Source: Calditrichota bacterium (GTDB lineage: Bacteria > Calditrichota > Calditrichia > Calditrichales > J004). From it: 64,000 bases of DNA. The stretch spans positions 365 through 64,364 of the forward strand of contig JAJRVW010000119.1 in NCBI GenBank assembly GCA_024277115.1, read 5' to 3'. Position 1 is the stretch's first letter, and every line of letters starts with the position of its first letter. A program made the translations under genes and the position numbers. The notes below the pieces were generated by a model. It searched no databases. It was not told the origin of the DNA and saw nothing but the letters and a program-made list of their open reading frames with translations. Below, piece by piece: positions 11,901 through 20,307 of this stretch.

Positions 11901-12917
11901 TTATACAGGATTTGTTTTCCGTATACCTTTTGATTTAGACCGACTAAAAAGCAACTCAATGGTTTTGTAATCATTATAAAGTTTATTGTGTTTACTGATA
12001 AGGAGCTCCAACTCAAAATTAGCGTCTTCTTTAATTTGATCAAACGATAAGAGCGGCTCCATATTCTGGTTCATACTCTCCACCTGGTTTTGCACAAGAT
12101 GGGGGATGGAGGCAAGTATGTCTTCCGCATCGGGTGCGGATTTTTGCCGTGAAAACAACCGTTCGTATTCTCTTTTAAACTGGGCAATTTTTGCAGCCTT
12201 GTTCCAGCCTAAAAATATATCAGCCACAATTCCACCAAGATAAGATTGCTTGACGATTAAATTAAATTCTTTACCCAGGTTTTTTTTAAACGCCAATTTT
12301 AGATTGTTTTGATAGCGGATCGCTAAAATTACCGAATTAGGAAGTTGCCATTTTTCTGCGATGATAGCGCCGGCCTGTGCCTGGGTAATCTTTAAAATAT
12401 TTTTTTCTACCAGTGCAAGCCTCACACCATATTCCCTGGCTTCTTCAATAATTTTCAGATAGTTTTTGCCCAGGTAGAACATAAAAACGAATGCACCCAG
12501 ATTTTGCAGGAGGGCTGCGATAAATGATTCGGACCGGCTGGTAGTTTTGGAAATATCCGATAGGAGGTTTGATGCAATCCCCGCACAAAGCGAACGGTAA
12601 AATAAGCTACGATAGGCGTGCAGGTCTTCTTGTGGAAAAAGATTGCTGAAGGAGACCATCACAGTTATGTCGCGCATAGTGCGCACGCCAAGTATGGAAA
12701 CAGCTTGATAAATATTACTGACAGGGGCGTTGAGTTTATAATAGCCCGAATTTACATTTTTTAAAATTCGGGTAACCATCGAGCTATCCGTTTCAATCAA
12801 TTTTGAAATTGAGTGCAGCGAAACTTCAGGATCGCTCATTAACTGATTGAGTTGAAATGTAATATTGGGAAGTGTTGGGAAATCTTCAGCGTTCTCAATA
12901 ATCTCGATTATATTCAT
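11901..12917 (-). CDS. HDOD domain protein (likely start MNIIEII at 12917)
   Basis: FPTLP...IETD..MVTRILKNVNSGYY...QAVSILG HDOD signature. Confidence 0.8.
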   Translation of the reverse strand: MNIIEIIENAEDFPTLPNITFQLNQLMSDPEVSLHSISKLIETDSSMVTRILKNVNSGYYKLNAPVSNIYQAVSILGVRTMRDITVMVSFSNLFPQEDLHAYRSLFYRSLCAGIASNLLSDISKTTSRSESFIAALLQNLGAFVFMFYLGKNYLKIIEEAREYGVRLALVEKNILKITQAQAGAIIAEKWQLPNSVILAIRYQNNLKLAFKKNLGKEFNLIVKQSYLGGIVADIFLGWNKAAKIAQFKREYERLFSRQKSAPDAEDILASIPHLVQNQVESMNQNMEPLLSFDQIKEDANFELELLISKHNKLYNDYKTIELLFSRSKSKGIRKTNPV

Positions 12918-13420
12918 TTTTGGCCGGCATTTTTGATATATATGAGCAATCGAATAGAAATAGATTATCTTTAAACTATTAATCAATCAGCTAAAATAGT
13001 TCTCAATTTTGGTTTTATGTAATTTAGCGTAGGTGATTAAATTGAGTCCTTAATCATACTCATACTCGCTTTTTAGTTTTAAAATATTGAATAAGTAAAC
13101 TTTTAGTTGTATACCTAATAGATTTATAAAGTTTTTCGTTGGTATGCTTTGTTTTTCCTTTTTGAAAGTTATGTAAAAGCGAGTCCCAATTAAAATCATC
13201 GAGGATTTTAAATAAGAGTAAGATAAAGATTATGAGAAAGAATTAAATACCTAAAAAATTGGTACTATTTATTAAATACAAAACTATATCTACACTATTC
13301 CATATCGAGGCGACAAAAAACATATATCCTCCAAAACTAAAAAAACCGGTAAAAAATTACCGGGCTCAGTATGCCGATTATCTAAAATAAGGTAAAAGAA
13401 TCGCGCATGGCTTTCAGCTC

Positions 13421-13477
13421 AGTCCCAAGGGGATTTGAACCCCTGTCGTCCACGATGGAATCGGGATATCCTAGACC
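13421..13477 (-). pseudogene. tRNA-Glu-derived fragment, copy 2 (D-arm 3' part to acceptor 3' strand, remodelled anticodon arm)
   Basis: 28 nt identical to the 3' end of tRNA-Glu; loop ATTCCAT; no 5' acceptor strand. Confidence 0.8.
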
Positions 13478-13725
13478 TCCTCCAAGCCAAAAGTTTTCAA
13501 GGTTTGAATTCTGCTTTTTAGTTTCTTAATTCTTTTTTCTTCTTTCATGGCTTCGGCTCGTGTATTGAATGATTTGTAAGCAAGAAGTTTCCATGGCATA
13601 CGTTGTTTTGTGTATGTACATCGTCCTTGGTTATGATAATTATTGACCCTTTCTTGAACGTCATTGGTCTGCCCAACATAATAGGTGCCAAACTTTATCG
13701 ACTCGATGAGATAGACATAAAACAT
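13471..13725 (-). CDS. GIY-YIG nuclease family protein, 84 aa, copy 2
   Basis: FYVYLI...YYVGQT..ER...HN...YTK..PWKL...A...EKRIK; GGAGA RBS before ATG at 13725. Confidence 0.9.
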   Translation of the reverse strand: MFYVYLIESIKFGTYYVGQTNDVQERVNNYHNQGRCTYTKQRMPWKLLAYKSFNTRAEAMKEEKRIKKLKSRIQTLKTFGLEEV

Positions 13726-13824
13726 GAAAGTCTCCAAAACTAAAAAAGCCCGGTAAAAAATTACCGGGCTCAGTATGCCGATTCTCTAAAGTCGGGCAAA
13801 TGAATCGTGCATGGCTTTCAGCTC

Positions 13825-13881
13825 AGTCCCAAGGGGATTTGAACCCCTGTCGTCCACGATGAAATCGGGATGTCCTAGACC
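13825..13881 (-). pseudogene. tRNA-Glu-derived fragment, copy 1
   Basis: GGTCTAGGACA-TCCCGATTTCATCGTGGA-CGACAGGGGTTCAAATCCCCTTGGGACT versus the tRNA-Glu gene. Confidence 0.8.
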
Positions 13882-14129
13882 TCTTCCAAGCCAAATGCTT
13901 TCAAAGTTTGAATTCTGCTTTTCAGTTTCTTAATTTTTTTTTCTTCTTTCATGGCTTCGGCTCGTGTATTGAATGATTTGTAAGCAAGAAGTTTCCATGG
14001 CATACGTTGTTTAGTGTATGTGCACCGCCCATGGTTATGATAGTTATTGATCCTTTCCTGAACATCATTGGTTTGGCCAACATAATAGGTGCCAAACTTT
14101 ATCGACTCAATGAGATAGACATAAAACAT
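13875..14129 (-). CDS. GIY-YIG nuclease family protein, 84 aa, copy 1
   Basis: Same motifs, 4 aa differences from copy 2; real start ATG 14129, not 14327. Confidence 0.9.
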   Translation of the reverse strand: MFYVYLIESIKFGTYYVGQTNDVQERINNYHNHGRCTYTKQRMPWKLLAYKSFNTRAEAMKEEKKIKKLKSRIQTLKAFGLEEV

Positions 14130-14145
14130 GAAAGTCTCCAAAACT

Positions 14146-14174
14146 AAAAAAGCCCGGTAAAAAATTACCGGGCT
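14146..14174 (-). terminator. tRNA operon terminator (repeated at 13742-13770 and 13339-13366)
   Basis: AGCCCGGTAATTTTTTACCGGGCT followed by a T-run. Confidence 0.8.
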
Positions 14175-14177
14175 CAG

Positions 14178-14250
14178 TAGTCCCAAGGGGATTTGAACCC
14201 CTGTCGCCGCCGTGAAAGGGCGGTGTCCTAGACCCCTAGACGATGGGACC
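14178..14250 (-). tRNA. tRNA-Glu(TTC)
   Basis: Cloverleaf GGTCCCA...CCGCC CTTTCAC GGCGG...GGTTCAAATCC...TGGGACTA; CCA not encoded. Confidence 0.95.
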
Positions 14251-14285
14251 GTAAATCTTTTAATTTCTATTTTCACCTTACTAAG

Positions 14286-14360
14286 GGTGAGTGATGGGAA
14301 TTGAACCCACGACCCCCAGAGCCACAATCTGGTGCTCTAACCAACTGAGCTACACCCACC
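14286..14360 (-). tRNA. tRNA-His(GTG)
   Basis: G-1, GTGGGTG/CACTCAC acceptor, CCAGA TTGTGGC TCTGG anticodon arm. Confidence 0.95.
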
Positions 14361-14373
14361 ATAAACATTGTTG

Positions 14374-14447
<74 letters not shown>

Positions 14448-14464
14448 TTATGCCCAAATCAAAG

Positions 14465-14539
14465 TCGGGGTGAGAGGATTCGAACCTCCGACCCCCTGCT
14501 CCCAAGGCAGGTGCGCTAACCGGGCTGCGCTACACCCCG
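14465..14539 (-). tRNA. tRNA-Pro(TGG)
   Basis: CGGGGTG...CCTGC CTTGGGA GCAGG...GGTTCGAATCC. Confidence 0.95.
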
Positions 14540-14567
14540 AACAATCTCTATTTAAATAGAGTCGATG

Positions 14568-14596
14568 AATATAACTATATCAACTTCTTATGTCAA
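14568..14596 (-). promoter_or_regulatory. Sigma70 promoter of the tRNA operon
   Basis: TTGACA (14596-14591), 17-nt spacer, TATATT (14573-14568). Confidence 0.75.
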
Positions 14597-14610
14597 AAAA
14601 AAAGAGCAAA

Positions 14611-15207
14611 TTAGATCATTTTTTTTAAATATTCCGTAAGTAAATTAACAGCTCTTCCACGATGACTGATTTGGTTTTTTTCTTCTGTACCTAATTGTGC
14701 AAAAGTCTTATTTAATTCATCAATAAAAAAAAGGGGATCGTAACCAAAGCCATTGCTGCCCACCGGATTCTCAATAATCCGGCCATAACACTTTCCTTCA
14801 AATATTTCTTCATGAGTGTCATCTTTATAAACTGTAACACAATGGAAAAATGCATTCCGCTTTTCTATCGGAAGCCCCGCAATTTTCTTAACAAGCAATG
14901 CATTATTTTCATTGTCCGAAGCGTGCGGCCCTGCATATCGGGCAGAATAAACACCGGGTTCGTTATTTAATTCTGGCACTGTTAAACCGGAGTCATCGGC
15001 TATAATGGGCTCTTGAAAAACTGAAAAATAGGCACGTGCTTTAATCAAAGCATTTTCAAGAAAAGTACTTCCTGTTTCTTCGACTTCGGGAATGGGTTGG
15101 TTTTTTAACGCATCCAATTTTATAAGGGAGATAGTTGGAATATTTAGAAGCTCATTGACTTCCTTTAGTTTTCCCCGATTTGTGGTGGCAAAAATAATTC
15201 TGGTCAT
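14611..15207 (-). CDS. rdgB: Non-canonical purine NTP pyrophosphatase (RdgB/HAM1)
   Basis: ATTNRGK, ADDSGL, PGVYSARYA, GFGYDP and SHRG motifs. Confidence 0.95.
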   Translation of the reverse strand: MTRIIFATTNRGKLKEVNELLNIPTISLIKLDALKNQPIPEVEETGSTFLENALIKARAYFSVFQEPIIADDSGLTVPELNNEPGVYSARYAGPHASDNENNALLVKKIAGLPIEKRNAFFHCVTVYKDDTHEEIFEGKCYGRIIENPVGSNGFGYDPLFFIDELNKTFAQLGTEEKNQISHRGRAVNLLTEYLKKMI

Positions 15208-15289
15208 TTTAATAGTTTTTTTAGTAATTGATTTAATTATTTATTTTTTATCCGATGTTTAAAATATTCCATTAACTAATTCAGGTGAA

Positions 15290-15571
15290 ATGAAAAATCT
15301 TTTTAAGATTATTTTCCTTATTTTTGTAATTATTCTTTTTCAGATGCTTTATATTCAGCATCGTCTAAATGAGCGTATTGGGGTCATTTACGCAGAACAG
15401 GTGATACTTTCTCATAAAATCGATAATATTAATGTAAGGGCCGGACAGATAAGTTTAAAGGTTAAAAAGGTTGTTTTAAGATGTAATAAAAGTAATGGCT
15501 TTAGAAAGCCAATATTGGTAGTCGTTGATAACTCATTTACTGTAAACCCTATCGAAGCAGGCCAACATTAG
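15290..15571 (+). CDS. Small hypothetical membrane-anchored protein
   Basis: AGGTG RBS, N-terminal hydrophobic helix, fills the intergenic space; no recognisable domain. Confidence 0.45.
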   Translation: MKNLFKIIFLIFVIILFQMLYIQHRLNERIGVIYAEQVILSHKIDNINVRAGQISLKVKKVVLRCNKSNGFRKPILVVVDNSFTVNPIEAGQH

Positions 15572-16141
15572 TTAAAACAATTTTCCACGTAATGCCTTGT
15601 TCAGCATTTCCCTTGCCCTAAAAATTCGGGCTTTTACTGTTCCCAATGGTAGCTCAAGGTCTTCTGATATCTGCTCATAACTATATTCTTTTTGATGACG
15701 CATTTCAATTACAATCCGATATTTCTCAGGTAGCTGATCAATAGCTGTGCGTATAATTTTTTTTCTCTCTTCGGCAACCAAGTCATATTCTACGTCCGGC
15801 TCGGGGTCGGCGTATTCCTGTTTAATTTCATCACCTTTATATTTGATCGATTCATCCATGGAATAGGTTTTTAATTTCCTTTTACGGAAAAAATCGATAC
15901 AATTATTTGTGGCAATTTTAAATAACCAGGTTGAGAAAGCATAGTCTTCATTAAATGAATTAATGGACTTATAGGCTTTGATAAATGCTTCCTGGGTGAG
16001 GTCTTCCGCTTCCTGTTTGTTGCGGACCATGCGGTACACAATACTAAAAACGACATCTTTATAAAGAAGTATTAATTTATCATACGCTTTACTGTCACCT
16101 AATTTTGCTTTTCGGACTAACTCAACGTCATCTTTTTTCAA
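15572..16141 (-). CDS. ECF sigma-70 factor (SigW/RpoE-like)
   Basis: AEDLTQEAFIKAY, FSTWLFKIATN and GTVKARIFRAR motifs. Confidence 0.92.
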   Translation of the reverse strand: MKKDDVELVRKAKLGDSKAYDKLILLYKDVVFSIVYRMVRNKQEAEDLTQEAFIKAYKSINSFNEDYAFSTWLFKIATNNCIDFFRKRKLKTYSMDESIKYKGDEIKQEYADPEPDVEYDLVAEERKKIIRTAIDQLPEKYRIVIEMRHQKEYSYEQISEDLELPLGTVKARIFRAREMLNKALRGKLF

Positions 16142-16347
16142 ATCAAAACCTTAGAAGATTAAAAGAAATTTGCTTGTTGCCTGTTACACTCGAAATTAGT
16201 TAAGTTTTGCTTTAATAACAGGTGTGAAACTAATTATTTGTTCCTTATCATGTCAAGATAGAATTATCTAGCGGAATAAAAATAATAGTTTAAGTTTATC
16301 AATCCAAAACATAAAAGCAATCCACCCCATTTTACAGGGAATTTACA

Positions 16348-17889
16348 ATGATAAGTGTTGTCACAGGCAATGAAATGCGTGAGATGGACCAACGGTCAAT
16401 AAATGATTTTGGCATTCCAGGGATTGTTTTAATGGAGAATGCCGGGCGTAATACAGCCGAGGCAATTTTAGAACTGTGTGATAAAGAAGAAATCTTTACA
16501 GTAATAATTTTTGCCGGAAAGGGAAATAACGGCGGTGATGGATTTGTAATTGCGCGCTACCTTGAGAAAAACGGTATTGATATTTATGTTTACCTGGCTG
16601 CAAAAAAGGAATCTATTAGCGGCGATGCGTTGACCAATTTACAAATATGTTTAAACAGTGGTATTGATATCATTGAGGTTAGTTCGGCGCAGGATATTGA
16701 GGTGCCTCAAAATCCATTCATTATAATCGATGCCCTCCTGGGTACAGGCATACAAGGTGGCTCAAGAGGTATCTATGCTGAATTGATTGAGTGGATTAAC
16801 GATCAGGGGCAATTTGTTTTTGCCGTTGATATACCGTCAGGTTTAAATAGTGATTTTAGCGTACCGGCCGGTCCTGTCGTGCTGGCAAACAAAACACTTA
16901 CTATGGGGTTGCCTAAGCTCAGTCAGTATTTTTATCCTGCCCGTTCTTTTGTTGGTGAACTGGAAATTATCGATATTGGTTTTCCGCTTGACGTTGAAGA
17001 TGACCCCAATATTGAAGTTCACCTAATTGACGAAAGTGATTTGTCCATAGAACCGCCTGATCCCGAGCTGCATAAACATACAGCCGGCCGGGTTTTTATT
17101 TTAGGCGGATCAACCGGAATGACTGGCGCTGTTGTGTTGGCGGCAAAAGGTGCATCACTTGCCGGGGCCGGGTTGGTTATAAGCGGTGTGGCGGAATCAT
17201 TAAACCCGGTGTTGGAAACTAAATTAACAGAACAAATGAGTCTGGCCTTGCCGGAGTATACGCCCGGTGTTTTGGGCAAGTCGGCATTTTCTTTAATAAA
17301 GGAAAAAATTGACTGGGCACATGGTGTGCTTGTTGGCCCGGGGATTGGCAGGGATGCGGAAACTATTCAACTTCTGGACCAAGTAATCCAATACGCTGTC
17401 AAACAAAAAAAGAAAATTATCATCGATGCCGATGCGTTGTTTTTTCTTTCAACTAAGCCTGAGATTATTAAGTCGTTAAATGGAAATGTACTACTTACGC
17501 CACATTTTGGTGAGTTTGGACGATTATTTCCAAAATCAAAAAAAGTGCTAAAAAACCAACCCTGGAAAGCTTTACAGGATTTTAACAAACAGTGCAAAGC
17601 CGTAACAAACCTGAAGGGTGCGCCATCTATGGTGGGTAAAAAGGAAGATGGGGTTTTCATCAACCCGACAGGAAATCCGGGTTTGGCAAAAGGGGGCACA
17701 GGCGATTTGCTTGCCGGAATAATAACCGGGTTAACTGCCGGTGGGATGGATTTAACCGAAGCAGCTGTCACGGCTAATTTTATCCATGGAAAAGCGGCAG
17801 ACAATGCTGTGGCAAAGTGGGGAATGCGATCGTTTACCCTGGAAAATTTAATGGATGAAATAAAGCTTGTCATTAACGAAATATCGTGA
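16348..17889 (+). CDS. nnr: Bifunctional NAD(P)HX epimerase/dehydratase
   Basis: LMENAG, GNNGGDG, DIPSG, TPHFGE and GGTGDLLAG motifs. Confidence 0.95.
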   Translation: MISVVTGNEMREMDQRSINDFGIPGIVLMENAGRNTAEAILELCDKEEIFTVIIFAGKGNNGGDGFVIARYLEKNGIDIYVYLAAKKESISGDALTNLQICLNSGIDIIEVSSAQDIEVPQNPFIIIDALLGTGIQGGSRGIYAELIEWINDQGQFVFAVDIPSGLNSDFSVPAGPVVLANKTLTMGLPKLSQYFYPARSFVGELEIIDIGFPLDVEDDPNIEVHLIDESDLSIEPPDPELHKHTAGRVFILGGSTGMTGAVVLAAKGASLAGAGLVISGVAESLNPVLETKLTEQMSLALPEYTPGVLGKSAFSLIKEKIDWAHGVLVGPGIGRDAETIQLLDQVIQYAVKQKKKIIIDADALFFLSTKPEIIKSLNGNVLLTPHFGEFGRLFPKSKKVLKNQPWKALQDFNKQCKAVTNLKGAPSMVGKKEDGVFINPTGNPGLAKGGTGDLLAGIITGLTAGGMDLTEAAVTANFIHGKAADNAVAKWGMRSFTLENLMDEIKLVINEIS

Positions 17890-17928
17890 TCGAATTTTTA
17901 ATAAAACAAAATAGTACGGATTAAAACT

Positions 17929-18744
17929 ATGTTAAAAATTAACCCGGAATGGGTTTGCAATGCCCTCGAATTATTTATTCGGGAGGAGTTGAATAAAATT
18001 GGCGTTACAAAAGCTGTCTTCGGGCTTTCCGGCGGTGTGGATTCTGCCGTGGTGGCCTGCCTGGCACAACGCGCTTTAGGTGCCGAAAATGTCCATGCCT
18101 TGATTATGCCTTACCGGTTAAGCAATCCTGAAAGCCAAAAACATGCGGAAATCCAGGCAAAGGAAATTAATATTTCGTATGATGTTGTGGATATTTCCGA
18201 ACCCGTTGATGCTTTTTTTAAATCAAAGAAAGACGCGGATAGTTTAAGGCAGGGCAACCGGATGGCACGGGAGAGAATGTGCCAACTGTATGATTATTCG
18301 TCTGCCTCCGGCGCCTTGGTTTTAGGTACGAGCAATAAAACGGAATTACTGGTAGGTTATGGTACAATTTTTGGCGACTTGGCCAGCGCTGTAAACCCCA
18401 TCGGTGATTTGTATAAATTGCAGATTTGGGAGCTGGCCCGTTATCTGAATGTTCCAAAAGAAATCATTGAGAAGGCGCCTTCGGCCGATTTATGGGAAGG
18501 ACAAACCGACGAGGATGAGCTGGGTTACTCGTATGCCCATCTCGATAAACTTTTATTTTATCTTGTCGATGAGCGCTACCCGGATGCGTTTATTTTGGAA
18601 AACGGCTATGACCAGGAAACCATCGACGATATAAAAAAACGTATTCAGCGCAGCCAGTTTAAAAGGCGCCCGCCAATTATTGCCAAGCTCTCCAACCGCA
18701 CCATCAACCAGGACTTTCGTTATTGCCGGGATTGGGGGGTATAA
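17929..18744 (+). CDS. nadE: NH3-dependent NAD+ synthetase
   Basis: LSGGVDS, GNRMARERM, APSADLWEGQTDE. Confidence 0.95.
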   Translation: MLKINPEWVCNALELFIREELNKIGVTKAVFGLSGGVDSAVVACLAQRALGAENVHALIMPYRLSNPESQKHAEIQAKEINISYDVVDISEPVDAFFKSKKDADSLRQGNRMARERMCQLYDYSSASGALVLGTSNKTELLVGYGTIFGDLASAVNPIGDLYKLQIWELARYLNVPKEIIEKAPSADLWEGQTDEDELGYSYAHLDKLLFYLVDERYPDAFILENGYDQETIDDIKKRIQRSQFKRRPPIIAKLSNRTINQDFRYCRDWGV

Positions 18745-18747
18745 TAT

Positions 18748-19473
18748 TTGGAGACAATTGAAAATGCCCTTTACCTTGTTGCCACGCCAATTGGCAACCT
18801 TGCGGATATTACTTACCGTGCTGTACATATTTTAAAATCAGTTGATTTAATTGCGGCCGAAGACACGCGTACCTCTTCTGTTTTGATGAACCATTATGCG
18901 ATCCAGACACCTTTAAAAAGTTATCACAGCCACAATATTCCTACCCAAACACCCTGGCTTGTAGAGAAACTAAAAGCAGGGGAATCCATCGCACTTATCT
19001 CGGATGCCGGGACACCGGGGATTTCTGATCCGGGTTATCATCTGGTTCGTGCCTGTGTGGAAAATGGGATCCGTGTTATCCCTATTCCGGGCGCGTCGGC
19101 TTTTATTGCCGCTTTGATTGCATCGGGCCTGCCCACGCAAAGCTTTGTTTATGAAGGCTTTCTGCCGCATAAAAAAGGGCGTCAAACCCGTATTGCCTCT
19201 CTTGTTGATGAAACCCGCACGATAATTTTTTACGAATCGCCGCACCGTATCCATAAAACCTTAGCCCAGCTTGCCGAGGCTTTGGGTGAACGGCGTTGTG
19301 TTCTTGCACGGGAGATTACAAAAAAGTTTGAAGAGTTTATCTCCGGTACCTTGCAAGAACTATCCGAATCATTGATAGATAAAAAAGTTAAGGGCGAACT
19401 GGTTTTGATTGTGGAAGGGAAAAGTAAAAAGAAATTACGAATTAAAAATTATGAATTACGGGAACAAGGTTGA
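18748..19473 (+). CDS. rsmI: 16S rRNA C1402 2'-O-methyltransferase
   Basis: ATPIGNL, AEDTR, SDAGTPGISDPG, YESPHR, REITKKFEE. Confidence 0.95.
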   Translation: METIENALYLVATPIGNLADITYRAVHILKSVDLIAAEDTRTSSVLMNHYAIQTPLKSYHSHNIPTQTPWLVEKLKAGESIALISDAGTPGISDPGYHLVRACVENGIRVIPIPGASAFIAALIASGLPTQSFVYEGFLPHKKGRQTRIASLVDETRTIIFYESPHRIHKTLAQLAEALGERRCVLAREITKKFEEFISGTLQELSESLIDKKVKGELVLIVEGKSKKKLRIKNYELREQG

Positions 19474-19648
19474 AAATTGTAGGAGCTGTCTCCTGACAGA
19501 GATAAAAAAGGTAAAGACAATTTTTTACTGTTCTATTCCAAGATTTTAATATCTTGGATAGACTGAAACAAAGTTTAAACTCATGAACGTTCCAAATCTG
19601 GAGATTTGGAACGAGGAAAACAATATTTGTAATTCATAATTTGAAATT
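19433..19648. repeat. Inverted heptamer arrays (AATTAxx) enclosing a REP-like palindrome
   Basis: AATTACG AATTAAA AATTATG AATTACG (19433-19460) versus TGTAATT CATAATT TGAAATT (19628-19648); CGTTCCAAATCT-GG-AGATTTGGAACG at 19588-19613. Confidence 0.55.
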
Positions 19649-19661
19649 AAAACAGGATAAA

Positions 19662-20294
19662 ATGATTTCTAAAGAACTAAACAAACGTTTCATCTCTTTT
19701 GAGGGGATAGATTTCTCGGGGAAAAGCACACAAATTGCGCGCCTAAAATCCTATCTTGAAAATAAAGGGCACAAGGTTTTTGTTTTGCGGGAGCCGGGCG
19801 GGACAGAAATTTCCGAACGAATCCGCGCCATACTTTTGGACAAAGAACATATCCGAATGAACGCCCGGGCCGAATTGCTTCTGTTTAGCGCGGCGAGGGT
19901 ACAGCTTACCGAAGAAAAAATAATCCCTTTATTAAAAAAAGGCCATTATGTTATTGCCGACCGTTTTGTGGACTCGACCAGCGCCTACCAGGGATTTGGC
20001 CGTGAATTGGAACAAGCGACAATCGAGCACGTTAATCAATTTGCAACTTTTGGGATTTTACCGGCGGTTACTTTTTATCTTAAGATAAGCCCGGAAGATG
20101 CTTTTCAGAGACGAATTGAGAGTGGCCAGGAGGCCGATCGGCTGGAATCTGCCGGATTGGATTTTTATAAAAAAGTATGTAATGGCTACGAAACACTTGC
20201 CCGAAGCCAGCCAGAGAGGTTTGTGATTATTAACGCTACTCAAGTTATCGAGGCAATTCACCGACAAATAATAGAACGCATAAACTTACCATAA
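19662..20294 (+). CDS. tmk: Thymidylate kinase
   Basis: FEGIDFSGKSTQ, REPGGT, DRFVDSTSAYQG; AGGA RBS before ATG 19662. Confidence 0.95.
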   Translation: MISKELNKRFISFEGIDFSGKSTQIARLKSYLENKGHKVFVLREPGGTEISERIRAILLDKEHIRMNARAELLLFSAARVQLTEEKIIPLLKKGHYVIADRFVDSTSAYQGFGRELEQATIEHVNQFATFGILPAVTFYLKISPEDAFQRRIESGQEADRLESAGLDFYKKVCNGYETLARSQPERFVIINATQVIEAIHRQIIERINLP

Positions 20295-20307
20295 AACGGA
20301 GATCATT

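Larger units (their letters stand above)
13329..14231 (-). mobile_element. tRNA-Glu-anchored tandem array of 404-bp GIY-YIG units
   Basis: Unit = terminator + RBS + GIY-YIG gene + tRNA-Glu-like fragment + 50-nt insert; exact 404-bp offset between the two genes; three terminator copies. Confidence 0.8.

Noticed and set aside
13049-13240. Weak inverted hexamer repeats (CATACT / AAGAGT-ATGAGA); similar short tracts near 27885-28005 and 32465-32580
   Set aside because: Possibly eroded brackets like those at 19433 and 29243, but too degenerate in AT-rich DNA to support by eye.
14130-14327. 150-aa extended version of the GIY-YIG ORF in the track
   Set aside because: The extension runs through tRNA-His, tRNA-Glu and a terminator; the RBS and the sister copy put the start at 14129.
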